Shown: in pieces, positions 49,743-62,581 of the stretch
Layout: each line of letters starts with the position of its first letter
Numbering within the stretch: position 1 is the first letter of the stretch
Assembly: GCA_951406725.2 (NCBI GenBank)
Contig: OX597816.1
Span: forward strand, 81,840,001-81,904,000
Reading direction: 5' to 3'
Origin: Octopus vulgaris
Taxonomy: Eukaryota
Length of the DNA: 64,000 nucleotides
Translations under genes and position numbers: made by a program
Notes under the pieces: generated by a model
Seen by the model: only the letters and a program-made list of their open reading frames with translations
Database searches by the model: none
Told to the model about the DNA's origin: nothing

Positions 49743-50368
49743 TTACAATAATTTCCTTATTATTATTTTAAAATGGCACATAATATGAAAACTTGACTAA
49801 AAAAAAATTCATCATACATTATTCTCTACAGCTTCTTCACAATCTGCTGGAGTGTCCTCTTCATGATATATTTACACACCATGCAGTTGAAGAGAAAAAC
49901 TTAACGAAATTAGTCATTACTCATTTTACCCCATTTTAGATATTTTTTGAAGCTTTAAAATGATCAAATTAGACATTAGTGTGGGGAAAAATTGTCTTGG
50001 AATCCACAGAGTAAAGAATATTGATTGTTAAACACCAAAAATTATCCAGATATTTTATTAGCAACCTCAATTACAATCGGGTCAAAGTTAAGGAAAACTT
50101 CTTTGATAAAAGAGGACTTGCCATCTGACTGTGTTTCAGACTCCTTCAACTTCAAAGTTTAAGCTATGTCCTCAGGATGTAGCTTAAATTCTGCATTATT
50201 TTAAAGGATTATTTGCATTTTGCATTAATGCAGGCATGTAAGTCTTTTATTTATTATTAAATATAATAATATAAATCATTTACATGTTTTTAAGTTAACA
50301 CTTTGTCATGATATTATAACTTTTTTATTCTTAAAGTTTCATCAAGCTATTTCTCTGTTATTTATGAT

Positions 50369-50400
<32 letters not shown>

Positions 50401-50412
50401 CATACATACATA

Positions 50413-50645
50413 CATTATTATGGCTGCCCCCTCGTTATCGAGTATGGCCATTGCACGAAGCTTAACTGTTACTGGTGCTGTGATCAAATGTGACTTTTTA
50501 GCCCAGCTAAAGATCTACAATGTTTTGTACAAAATTGGCAACTAAAACCTTTACTGGTAATAGCCGGCTGTAGTTGCAACTGGGCTTCATGTACGTTTGC
50601 ATGTCGTTTAAGTCCTCCTGCCGAATTACACTCTCTTCCACATAC
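50413..50645 (-). mobile_element. 3' end of an RTE-like LINE with C-terminal C2H2 zinc fingers, inserted in (TACA)n
   Basis: CGRECNSAGGLKRH...FSCQFCTKHCRSLAGLKSH, stop, short stem-loop 3' UTR (GGCCATACTCGATAACGAGGGGGCAGCC) and TAATAA tail; (TACA)n on both sides. Confidence 0.65.
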
Positions 50646-50729
50646 ATACATACATACATACATACATACATACATACATACATACATACATACATACATG
50701 CATTCATATATGCATGCATGCAAGCATGG

Positions 50730-50968
50730 AAAAAAAAGGATAAGGTAGAAAATGCTAGAATAATTTTATAAAAATCATTTCAGTTCCGGTTTCAGTCACT
50801 GAGACTTTTTCAACTGTAAGTATGGAAAACAATTAAATTTTGGAAGAATTAAAAGAAAAGTTTTTTAAAAGAATATTTGCATAGTATTTAAATACAAGGG
50901 CATTTTCCTTGTTTCTGTCTATCTCTGTCTCTCTTGGTTACTCTTGTGGGTTCGAGGTTATATATATA
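50730..50968 (-). mobile_element. Putative Penelope-like pLTR fragment with a U3-A8 variant hammerhead (50781-50816)
   Basis: Minus strand: CAG-TTGAAAA-AGTC-tcagt-GACT-GAAAC-CGG-AA-CTG; bounded by microsatellites. Confidence 0.5.
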
Positions 50969-50969
50969 T

Positions 50970-52048
50970 TGATGGATCAGATGATGAAATTTACGGAGAG
51001 AGTCATAGACCAACTAATTAGGGGGAGAATTAGTTTAGATGAGATGCAGTTTGGTTTAGTGCTACGGAAAAGCACCATGCTATATTTCTGGTAAGGTAGC
51101 TACAGGACATATATATAACCAAAAATAAACCTCTGTACTTTTGTTGACTTGGGGAAAGCTTTTGACAGGGTGCCCCAATCCCTTATCTGGTGGTCAATAT
51201 GGAAACTAGGGATAGACAAGTGGCTGATGAGAGCTATACAAGCTACTTACAGAGATGCTACCAGTAAGTGAGGATTGGTAACGAGTACAGTCAAGTATTC
51301 AGGGTACAAGTAGAGGTTCATCAAGGATCAGTCCTAAGCCCCCTCTTGTTCATCATAGTTTTCCAGGTAATAACAGAAGAATTTAAGACAGGCTGCCCCT
51401 AGGAGCTCCTCTATGCTGATAACCTTTTTTTTTATAGCTGAATCACTACCAGAACTAGAGAATTTCCAGGTAGTTCTAAAATCAAAGAAGTTCTAGAATC
51501 GAAGGGCCTTAGAGTTAACTTAACAAAAACCAAAGTCTTAGTAAGTAGGAAGGCAGACAAATCACAAGTCCCTTCAAGTAGGTGGCCCTGCTTTATCTGT
51601 AGAAAAGGTGTAGGTAGTAACTATGTAAGATGCACCCAGTGTAAGCTTTGGACACAAGCTAGAGATAGTAGGTAGCTTCTGTTCCCTAGGTGATCAAGTT
51701 AGTAGTGGAGTTGGATGCTCCAAGGGCATAGCTGTGAGCATAAAATTAGGCTGGGCAAAGTTTAGAGAGCTCTCAGAATGAAAGGCAGATTGTACTATGC
51801 CTGTGTGCAAACAGCTATGCTATATGGCAGTGACAGCCGAGGACATACATAGGCTTGAAAGAAAGGAAGCCAACATGCTTTGCTGGATGTGCAATGTCAG
51901 TGTGCATGTTTGACAGTGTAAGCATCTTGAGAGAAAAGTTAGTCATAAGAGGTATCACATGTGGTGCGCAAGAGAAACAAATGCACTGGTATGGTCATGT
52001 GATGCATATGGCTGCGGATAGCTGTGTAAAGAAGTGCCGATCCCTGAC
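50970..52048 (+). mobile_element. Degenerate RTE LINE RT fragment
   Basis: DQMMKFTERVI..DEMQFG, KAFDRVP, VHQGSVLSP, LLYADN, WYGHVM remnants with frameshifts. Confidence 0.88.
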
Positions 52049-52074
52049 ATGGATTCAGTCTTGATATTTTTTTC

Positions 52075-52750
52075 TCATCCAATACCAGTTGACATGCTTG
52101 AATCTGAGAGCAATCTCTTCAATTTCATCTGCATCATGTCATAGAGTAATAATCCTCTGACATTCTTCTGCTACTGCCAGCAGAGTTAAATTTTGGCCCT
52201 CTTCTAATTTTGTTAATATCTGGGAATGTATATCTGCATCTTTGCTTGCAGTAAGCCCTTCAACAAAAATTAGACACTTGAACATCTCCGGGGTTAACTT
52301 ATTCAATTTGAATTTCTCATATGTTTGTTAACCACTCCAGCATAGGTGATGAAAAATTTTCATCATCTTTTTAGACTAAATTTAAACATTGCCAGTAAGT
52401 ATTGAACAGGGAACTTCTTACTATATTTTTCATGTTCAGTAGGGGATTACTTTCTTAAAAGTAATCATACCTTTTTCTTGTTGGACCAACTTTTACATTC
52501 TTCTTTGAAGATTTCTTTGTATCTATGAAAATATTCAGAAAAGGTAATCCCTTCTTCTGGTTTATAGCTGAATTCTTCAATTGAGTTTGCTATGCTGTGT
52601 GGTGAGTATGAACCTGAAGTATTTTCAGACGTCTTCAGCATTAATTCCAGCAACTGTTGGTTTTGTTGTTGTTACTGCTGTAGTTGTTGTTGTTCTTGCT
52701 GCTGTTGCTATTGCAACTACACCACGGAGGCCAATAAGTCTTCCATGTTA
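52075..52750 (-). mobile_element. Ty3/Gypsy (Mag-like) gag relic
   Basis: Poly-Q start, then SIANSIEEFSYKPEEGITFSEYFHRYKEIF, and downstream LTPEMFKCLIFVEGL...DIHSQILTKLE with stops. Confidence 0.65.
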
Positions 52751-52820
52751 AAACAATTTCTTATATATGTTATGTGAACAACATTTTAAAGCAAAGGTGT
52801 TTAATATTTAATTTCATATA

Positions 52821-53510
52821 CAGAGTGCAATGGGTAAACTGTCACCATTTTATACTTTTAATTTCGCACATGCACATTATTTGTTTTTGGTTTTGTTGAC
52901 TACACAATATAGTAGGATCAGTTGGGCACCGTCTGTGATAAAAACAGCACCACGATGCAATTCACTCAGCCAGAAATTTGGAAATGACATGCTGTACTGC
53001 TTGGCATTTGCACTGGAAGTTCCAATACAAACATTTCAGAGTGTTTGGGTGCCAATCTGAGGACATGCACTGAGTGATAAAAATCAAACATCTAGTCAAC
53101 ATCATGGTGTTTGGAATGATCATTAGTGATGGTTAAGTTATGCCTCCATTCATCTTCCCACATGGCCTCAGACTCAACATGGAGGCTTACATCAAGTGCC
53201 TGGAGGAAGTGCTGCCCTCGGTCAAGAGGGTGGCTGCTGGAAGACCTTATATCTTGCAACAAGACTCTGCACCATGCCACACAAACAGGAGAACTCAGTT
53301 ATGGCTGTCAGACAATTTCTGTGACCGCATCACACCTAACATCTAGCCACATAACTCCCCCAACTGCAACCCTCTTGATTATTATGTGTGGGGCACAGTT
53401 GAGTGAGAGACCAACAAAACTCCTTGTAACACCAAAGATGAAGTGAAGGCAAGGATTATGGCAGCATTCACCAACTTAAACAAGGAGACCATCCAGAAGA
53501 GTTGATGGTG
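52821..53510 (+). mobile_element. Tc1/mariner DD37D (maT-like) transposon relic
   Basis: TA|CAGAGTG start; MPPFIF..Y...L..V..., QQDSAPCH, P.NSPNCNPLDYYVWG. Confidence 0.75.
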
Positions 53511-53899
53511 ATGTTATGCACGCTCACATGCATTATTATGTCTTGCATGAATGGAAAAAAAATTCCAAAAAGAAAAACATTGTTAAACAGTTTACAAGAA
53601 AACTGGAGTTAAATGTATGAAACGAGGTAAATTTAGTTAACCTCGCCATCGTCAGTGGTAATGACGAGAACGTGTTGCCTTGCTTCAGTGGTGTACACTT
53701 GGTGCAGTAATGATGTTTTTTCTTTGTTTTATTTTATAAAATATATTCATTTTCACTGATTTATTTGCAAATTGTAACAATTATTTTGTACCTCCCGAGA
53801 AAAATAAAGGCGTTTCAAATGAGATATGTTTATGAATTATCTCCTCTTGGAATCGAATGTGTTGCTCTTCGGTTTTAGAAATTAGAAATAGCTCACAGC

Positions 53900-54015
53900 A
53901 TGTCCACTATGGAAGAGGTGTTTACACCTGCAATACCAGTTGATACAACATTAGATAATAATTACGATTTAAATATTCCTCCTATGACGGGGAATGAATA
54001 CCTGAGGAGAGTTAG
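53900..54015 (+). CDS. GEMIN2: GEMIN2 exon 1 (MSTMEEVFTPAIPV...PPMTGNEYLRRV)
   Basis: Conserved PPxTxxEYLRRV motif; donor AG|GTATGC (phase 2). Confidence 0.9.
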
Positions 54016-56559
54016 GTATGCAATAATATATATACACTTCTCAGTATGCATTATTTCATTTTTTGTGTATGTCCAATTTTACCCATTCTCTCAGGATTGC
54101 ATGAAACTGTGACACAATATAAAGAAATTGAGTTAAAAGCAGAAGACTGTTATCTAGTGTAGCCTTCCTTTGTTTTCATGAATAAGAGACTAAGAGTTAT
54201 ATACATACACATAACAAAGAAAGCACCTTTGTCTGTTCTTCAATCCGTCTGTGACCAGTGAGATCGATTACTGCAGAAAAAAACAGCAACAACAAAACAG
54301 AGAACACGAGCAGAGATAGACTGATATTCTGGAAGGTTCAATGATTAGTATGGGGCATAGGAGATGGGTAGCGTAGATACATTATAGGTGACAAGAATAG
54401 AGGAGACACGTGGTTCTGGGTGGCAATGGGACGAAACTATTAATCTTTTTCGAGAGATCTCTGTAGTAGCACGACAGCTTTTCAGATAAATGTTAGATGT
54501 TTCAGTTTCTTACTATCATAGACCTCGATTTACAAAGCCTGATCGCTTGTTTTCACTGTTCACCCCCCTCCCCCCCGATGTTTGGCGTTGTTTATTTGAC
54601 TGTGTAGCCGTATCATTCTTGTCTTTGTGGTAGCTAGGTATTTATTTATTCAATGAAGTTAAAGCCTACCATAGCTGGAATTTAGATTTGAAATTTCATC
54701 TCAGAGTAGATATGTTACTCTGAAGATTTAATCAGAATCGATGACTTTTCACGTGGTTAATATTTTTCATTCATAGTGATGTGGAAGAAAATCTTTGTTT
54801 GATCATCTAAAAGTACCTCTTTGAAATTTTAAGCGGACATTCACAAACTGATCGCCTGTGATTGTATGAGGCTGTGACAGGATAAAATAAAGCTAGAACA
54901 CGAAGGCTTTTCGTTGATGTAGCCTTCGACCTGCTGGTTGTTTTGGTGTTTTCATTAATAACATTATTAAATGCAATCCTAAATGCCACTATTCTAGATG
55001 GCATTACTGTCAGGATCTCAGAAATACATAAGCATTTTTGCCATAATGTAACAGTCACCATGGATTGAAACACGTTCTCATTCAGCTGATGAAGTTTACT
55101 GTGAAAGGAATTTGATAGTTATCAGGTTGAACTATTATAAATAACGTCTCAGATTGAGACGTGGTATAATTGATTGATTGATTGATTCTAGTTTCAGCTT
55201 ATGAGCTGTGGCCATGCTGGGGCACCGCCATAAGTAAAATAAAATGCAATGTCTGGATCTGGAGGCTATAACTTATCTTGTTCAAAACGTTATTAAATAT
55301 AAATTTGATCATTTGTTAGAAATCAACACTCATTAATGACAAAAATAATGTATCTTCAAAGTATTCACCCTCAGTCTTTTTTTCTTTAGTTTATATGAGG
55401 GTCGCAGTTATCATCATAATCATTGTTTTGATATCTACGTTTCCATGCATGGGTCAGATGGAGTTTATTGAGGCAGATGCCACTCCAGTTGTCACCCTTC
55501 ACCTGTTCCAAGAGACATGTTTGTGCAGAATATTGGAAATGTATGACAGTAACACTCAATTGCAACTATCATGTGATGCTTAGACAATGGGACACAGTCA
55601 CACTGTACACACACATGATGATGTTTTTTCAGTTTCACTCTACCAAATCCACTCACAAAGCTTTGGTTGTAGTTGACCATGGAACTGAACCCAGAACCAT
55701 ATGGTTGGGAAGCAAACTTCACAATCTATATTCACACTTATGCAGTGCCTTAAATTTTTTCAGGTTCTCTGAGATTGGTGCATAGGTATTAGTTTGATTT
55801 GGGTCTTATAGGTTTGTGTTGGATAGAAAATAGATACAGGGAAGAAACTTAAGACAAATAAGTTTCAAAGGAGGAAGAATTCGATAAAATATACTGCTTG
55901 ATTTGACTAAAAAGAAGGATAATGAGCAAAGGGTGCTAACTGCATTGCATGTGAGGGGGTTTGTTTCATAGATTCTTTTAAAAAATCCCATCACTCCGTG
56001 TGAGAAGTCCCATAACCCATGGGAATATGTTTGGGGCAGAAAGGATAAAGGAGGAATGTGTAAGATTAGTTTTGGTACTATTTAAAATATTAATACTTGG
56101 TGTTTAATATAAACAGTGGGAATTTCACAGGACTGCAGCCCACTTTTTTTTAATCTTAAAAGAAGAAAAAAGAAAATTTCGTATGAATAGTAAAAAGAGT
56201 GATGAGTGTAACATGTATGTTTGATTAATACCAATGAGGTATGCTGCAAATAAGTTTTAAAAAACAGTCTTCATTATACTAGTAACATAAACAACATACA
56301 GGATGTACTGCAGCAATAGGCAGGTATCTGAAGATTCTCATTGAGTGGAAGTTTTGAAAATATGAAACTGAGATGATTGTATTAATATGGTTATATTAAG
56401 TAGATGGACAATACTAGCTGAATAGTACTTTTTATGTTGTGTGACAATAAGCATGATATAACACAAATTCAAGTCTTCAAATATTTTATCATCTACTTTT
56501 ATATTTTTAGTTTCTTTAATGGGACTGATTGAAGTTACCTCAAAATAAGCAAATGTTTA

Positions 56560-57111
56560 TAGGCACAGGCATGGCTATAGGCATGGTTGTAGCTATAAGC
56601 TAGTAGTGGATGTGTGGTAAGAAGCTTGTTTCTCAATCCCATGGTTTTGGGTTCAGTCCCACTGCATATGGCACCTTGGACAAATGTCTTCTATTATAGT
56701 CTTAGGCTGACAAAAGTCCTGTAAGTGAATTTGGTTAACAGAAACTGAAAGAAACATGTTGCTTATATATATATATATATATATATCATCATCATCATCA
56801 TCGTTTAACGTCCGCTTTCCATGCTAGCATGGGTTGGACGGTTCAACTGGGGTCTGGGAAGCCCGAAGGCTGCACCAGGCCAGTCAGATGTGGCAGTGTT
56901 TCTACAGCTGGATGCCCTTCCTAACGCCAACCACTCCGAGAGTGTAGTGGGTGATTTTATGTGCCACCGACACAGGTGCCAGACGAGGCTGGCAGACGGC
57001 CACGCTCGGATGGTGTTTTTTATGTGCCACCGGCACAGGTGCCAGATGAGGCTGGCAGACGGCCACGCTCGGATGGTGTTTTCTTATGTGTCACCGACAC
57101 ATATATATATA

Positions 57112-57158
<47 letters not shown>

Positions 57159-57440
57159 GTGTGTGTGTGTGTGTATGTGCATGCATGTGTGTTACTGATT
57201 CCTTTCTCCTTGCCTAGATTTTGCATGATAGTTATAAAATCGAGTGTCACTGTTATGCAAATGGGGTCCTTCATTTACAATCGTTCATGAACACTTGTCT
57301 GGTCATGAGGAAATATTTCCTTGCTTGGAAACAGGTAAGGTTGGCAACAGGAAGGACATCTAGCTGTAGAAAATTCACTTCAACAAATTCTACCTCATCC
57401 ATGTGAGCATAGAAAAGTGAACTTCAAAACAATGATGATG
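56560..57440 (+). mobile_element. tRNA/CORE SINE with RTE-derived tail, interrupted by an antisense young RTE 3' fragment (~56785-57098)
   Basis: Head GTGTGGTAAGAAGCTTG..GGTTCAGTCCC, CORE-like segment, tail GGCAACAGGAAGGACATCTAGCTGTAG..ATGATGATG. Confidence 0.75.
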
Positions 57441-57568
57441 CTTAAATTTGCAAACTCACTAAGTTTATATCATAATACAGACATGAAAACTAAATTTATT
57501 GAGTTAAAAAAATGAGTAGCATCTTGAATTTATTATTAACAATATAAAATTGACCATTTTCTCTTTAG

Positions 57569-57659
57569 GGATGAAGCATTATGTTGTCCATCAGTGGTTG
57601 TTGCTAAATCATTAAACACAGAAGCTATGAATAGAAAGCAGAATGTCCATATTTTAGCA
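57569..57659 (+). CDS. GEMIN2: GEMIN2 exon 2 (DEALCCPSVVVAKSLNTEAMNRKQNVHILA)
   Basis: Acceptor tctttAG|G, donor GCA|GTATGT, 91 nt, phase-compatible; EA..CP.VVVA motif. Confidence 0.9.
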
Positions 57660-58574
57660 GTATGTATTCTGAATTTCTTGTCCACCATTTCTCACTTCAG
57701 CAAACTTTACTACATAACTCAGTCATATGTTAGTTACCCAATAGACTATTTCAATGTTTTTATGTATTGCAGTTCAAGATGAAAAAACAGGATTTAGTGC
57801 TTTTTTTTGGCAAATTATATACAGTACTAGATTTCGTAATCTTATTGTTATTCTGGAATTCAATCTCTTGATTGTATGCACTTATCTTTGCCAGTGAGAT
57901 CCACCTCTTGCATGTAATCTGTAGCTAGCTGTGGGCTTGGATACACTTAGAAAGTCCAGTTCACTGTAATATTTGCTACAATTCTCTGCTCATGACATCT
58001 TCAATACAAATGGAGAATTTGGGCAAGAGGTATTTTTATTATTTTTAGATATGTCAGTATCAAGAACCATGTCATTGTAGTCTGTGTTGTGGTTTCTTCA
58101 GTATAAAAAAGGTAAAAGCAATACAGCAAAAACCTGCATAGGTAGTGTTTTGTAGGAGAATTTCTGTAGAAGTCATATATTTAAATAAAGCTGGGATTTG
58201 TAATTTTCTGATACTCTTGCCTTCCTAAGGAAATTTGTGTCATAAAAAAGGAACTTATATCAAGTGCTGAAATCATTTGTCATTAACACTAATTTTTCAA
58301 GAAATAACTTTGTAAAGTCTGTATCTACTTACTTTACTGGTAAAGCATTGTCAGGGAAATATTACTGGTAGTGTGTTACTGATTCCTTTATTGAAGTATT
58401 ACTAGCATTACTTTACCCAGTAATACTGACACTTATTTTATTGATTGGTGTAATGAAAGGCAATATTTGAATTTCTGACTAAGAATGTAAGGAATTTAGA
58501 TTCCTACTCCTTTAATCATGTTGAAAATAGTTTGGCAAAAATGGTAAAGGACTAAATTAAACGGAAGTGCATCT

Positions 58575-58756
58575 TTGGCATTAGGAAAGGCATCCTGGCA
58601 TTAGGAAGGGCATCCTTGGTGTTAGGAAGAGTATCCAGCTGTAGAAACTCTGCCAGATCAAGATTGGTGCCTGGTGCAGCCATCTGGTTTGCCAGTCCTC
58701 AGTCAAATTGTTCAACCCATGGAAAGTGGATGTTAAATGATGATGATGATGATGAT
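58575..58756 (+). mobile_element. RTE 3' tail fragment with a triplicated GGCATTAGGAAGGGCATCC unit
   Basis: Three tandem ~19-nt units, then the standard tail and (GAT)n. Confidence 0.75.
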
Positions 58757-60071
58757 TCAAAAGTTAGCTTTGTTCTCCTTAGTTCAGATCTCATCAGAGT
58801 TAACTTTGGTATCACTAACGTAAGTGCCAGTGTGATACAAGAGAAAAATCCATCAACCAAGCTTCTGCATCTGAGAATTGTTTTTTTTTATCTTATGTAA
58901 AAAAAAATCAATGTATACAAAAATGATCGTTATTAAATGTAACTAATTTTGGTAGTGTACACACTCATTATTGCTTGAATAAAATGAAAGTTTTTTTATT
59001 CCTCTTCCTTATGTTTACTAATTTGTCATTAAGAATCACCTGTTTAAACTTGGAGTATTACTTATCAAATTTACCCTTCTAAAGTTTATATGAACTCTTT
59101 TTGAAATAAATACGTTAAGTTAGTTTTAATACCTTTAATGCAGAGAACATTAAGGTTTAACTATAAAAACAAGATATGTTAAAGAAAAAAATGATGACAG
59201 ACAATGATTGATAAACATTCTTACATGCAAGTAGTGATGAATGCATCACTACATGTACAAGATTGTATATTTATATAAATATCTAATATTTGAACTGAGT
59301 TAAGGTTATGATTTTTTATTAATTATTAATCTTATGGAAAAATGTTTAATATTTATATCTATACTACATTTTGATAATTATTAAATGTTTTACCTTTGTG
59401 TGTATACATAATACTAGATTGTCCTTGAACTATCTATCTTGATTTCTAAACTAAAAGTCATAATGTTGTCATCTTCTTGGTCACTGACACTTGTTTAATA
59501 ATATAACTATTTTAGGCAATTCATATTTATATTTCAAAAAAGACATCCATATGGAGCTGATATCAGGACTAGGATTTACTGATTGAGTTATTAGGAAGTG
59601 TTTTATTGTTTTTTTTTTTTCTTCTAAGTTTCCTCTAGTTCTCTACAAGTTATAGAAATTTAGTTCCATATTGATATATAATTTCCTTTCTTGCATCATA
59701 TATGTTCATCTATTTGTGACTTGTTTTCTACTCATTAAGGCTTTCCAATGTTGTATTCTGATTTTTAGGATGCCACCCAGTTTCATCATCATAAATAGTG
59801 AGGTTGGGCTTAAACATCCAACTGCATTTGGAACATCCAATGCAGAGTTCCAACAACCACAATGGTTAAATGTACAGAGGAACGAATGATACAAACTTGT
59901 GTTTATTCTAATTTTTCCTAAAATAGTTAGATATAAATATTAATCAGTTTTTGTCTTTATTAATAACCTTTATTAAAAGGTTATTAATCTGAAAAATTAT
60001 ATTTGTAAACATTATTCCTTGACATATTTAGATTTCATTTTTTTTTACCCTTATGTTCTTGAAATTCCCAG

Positions 60072-60161
60072 AAAGACTGCTGTCTTCCAGCACCAACAGG
60101 CTTAGAGCCTTCAGCTGAATGGAAGAGGAAACAGATTGCAGATTTTGCAAAAATCAGACAA
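60072..60161 (+). CDS. GEMIN2: GEMIN2 exon 3 (KDCCLPAPTGLEPSAEWKRKQIADFAKIRQ)
   Basis: Acceptor ttcccAG|, donor CAA|GTAAGT, 90 nt; C.PAP.G..P...W...Q.A.F...RQ motif. Confidence 0.92.
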
Positions 60162-60439
60162 GTAAGTTGTGTATCACTTATTTATGTTTAAAGTAAATTT
60201 AACAATGCAGAAATTAAGGACAGGGACACACATCATCATCATCATTGTCATTTAATGTCTGCTTTCCATGCTGGCATGGGTTGGAGAGTTTGACTGAGAA
60301 CTGGCAAGCCAGGAGGCTGCATCAGGCACTAATCTATATCTTTATCCAGGTTTCTACAACTGGATGCCCTTCCTAATATTTTTTTGCTGCTATATTGAGA
60401 TTCAGATCTTTTTTCAGTTCACTGGTCCTCTGTATATAG

Positions 60440-60810
60440 GCACTGGCATGATGGTGTGGTTAAAAAGCTTGCTTCCCAACCATGTGGTCTTGGGTTCAGT
60501 CCCACCTTACAACACCTTGGGCAAGTGTCTTCTACAATAGCACTAGGCCAAGCAAAATCTTGTGAGTGGGTTTGGTAGACAGAAACTGAAAGAAGTTCAT
60601 TATGTATGTTTGAGTGTGTGTGTGTATGCATGCATGTTTGTATGTTCCCTTGTCTAGATATCAATTGATTGTTGTAAATGAGCATCATTTATAATACAAG
60701 TGAGGCTGTTCGATTCCAGTATTCCATGGAAACAGGTCTGGCTATGGAGAATTATTACTTTGCTCAGAAAAAGTTGAGCATTAGCAGCAGGAGTGGCATC
60801 TGGCTGTGGA
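60440..60810 (+). mobile_element. tRNA/CORE SINE with RTE-type tail (degenerate)
   Basis: GGTTCAGTCCCAC..CACCTTGGGCAAGTGTCTTCT..GAAACTGAAAGAAG. Confidence 0.75.
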
Positions 60811-61660
60811 AATATAAGGGGACTGAGAATTGAGCCCTTATGGGCCCATACTTGTTTGTGGAATTTGTTTCTGAACTCATTGCTGACTGCACCTCTGTAC
60901 ATGGCTTTTACAGCCTTTATTAGCCATTCCTTTACCCCTTGTGTCCTTAGAGATTACTAAACTACAGTGCATGGAACCCTATCAGAGGCCTTCTCAAGGT
61001 AACAAATGCTAGATATTGGAACTTGCTCTGGTGAAGTACTACTTCTGCTGCTGTCTCACTAGGAAGTTGACATTGGTAGTATCTCATACTGGCACAAAGC
61101 TGACATACATTCTCCTCTGTTTTCCACAAGTTTCATAATCTGGTCCATCAATTTGATATTTCTGTAGTTGTCTCTAACTAGTGCATCTCCTTTACAATCA
61201 TGTTGTTAGTTGACATTGATACTGTTACATCAGTATAACTACTTCTTGAACTACTTAATTGAATATGCAAATGGCTTGCACATGACTTTTGCAAGATGTT
61301 TTAAGCACCTCAATAACTACTCTTATATGATCAGCTGTGTTGCCTGTGTTTCATATCTATTATTGCACTTGTGACCATACTTCTGTCAATTTTAGTGGAT
61401 GCTCCCTCTTGAGATTTACTTAGAGTAGGTCCTCTCTAATCCATGCATTTTTTAAATATTCAACAAACTCTTATAATAACATTTCCATACTTCTTTCTTT
61501 TTGGTTTCAATAAGAGCAAGTGTGCTACTGTCATTCCATATGCGCTTTTGCCTAATTTTGTGTCAATTCTCTTCAGCATACTACTTCATAATGCAAAACA
61601 CTTCATGTTTCTGATTCTCATGTCACAGAGCATATGCAAATCTTTTACTTTATGTCTCTC
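60811..61660 (-). mobile_element. Old RTE LINE RT relic
   Basis: Antisense remnants of DNYRNIKLMDQ, EKASDRVP, HKGSILSPL. Confidence 0.65.
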
Positions 61661-62581
61661 TACATGTTAAGTATACTTATATATAGCTATTTATGGGCAT
61701 GCATGTGTGTATCTACACATGAATATGCATTTTCAGTATTCTTTGTTACAGTTCCTTTTGAAATTTTCTACCAGAATTAGAATTTAAAATAGTGATCCCA
61801 GCCAAAGATGAAATACTGGAAACTATCTACTCTTGTCTAATTCTGATTTCTTTTATTAAGTATGTTATCCGCAAATTTGAAAGTTAAACCTAAAACTTTA
61901 TGTACAACCATCATCAAGCTGTATCATGTCTTTATTTCTTCTATTTTTACAATAATAGTTTTTTTCCCTTTCCAACTTCCTGCTACTCTCACTTTATGTA
62001 TTAGCCTTTACTATTTTCCTTAGCCTCACTCATCTCACCACCCTTTGTCTTTATCACACATTTTCCTCAAGAACTGTAATCTTTTAAAAATATTGTGTGT
62101 TTATATTTAGATTTGGATTGATAAGCATAAACCTAATGTATAGTAGAGGTATGTTTACAGTGTACTAAAGGCATGGATAAAAGGAAGGATGTTATCTTCT
62201 AAGTTTCACCAAACTGATGCCAACAGTTATAATGTATAATTGTCTCTACACTAAAACAATGTCTATTGTATGTCTGTTTTATGCTGGACTGTTAGCAATA
62301 TTGACATGACTTGTAGTATTATCAGTTGTGTTCCTGGATAAGGTGTGTCCATCTGTTTATTTTAGTTACATACTTTACAGTGAAGTAGCTAACACTAAGC
62401 AGGATATCCTGATGTAAAACAATTGCTTCAGTAAAGAATAAGTACATTTTTCTAAAGCATCACTATCATGTTTATATTGATAAATAAAGAAAAAGTAACG
62501 AAAACAAATAAGGTATTCAAATTTAATCTGGCAAGATGACAAAATAGGAGGAGAAGGAGTTTAAACAAATGCTATTATAGT

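Noticed and set aside
50484-50723. C2H2 zinc-finger ORF as a member of the octopus ZNF expansion
   Set aside because: No TGEKP linkers, the N-terminus is translated microsatellite, and it is followed by an RTE-type 3' stem-loop and tail.
55086-55110. CTGATGA...GAAA as a hammerhead
   Set aside because: No stem II, stem III or cleavage triplet pairing.
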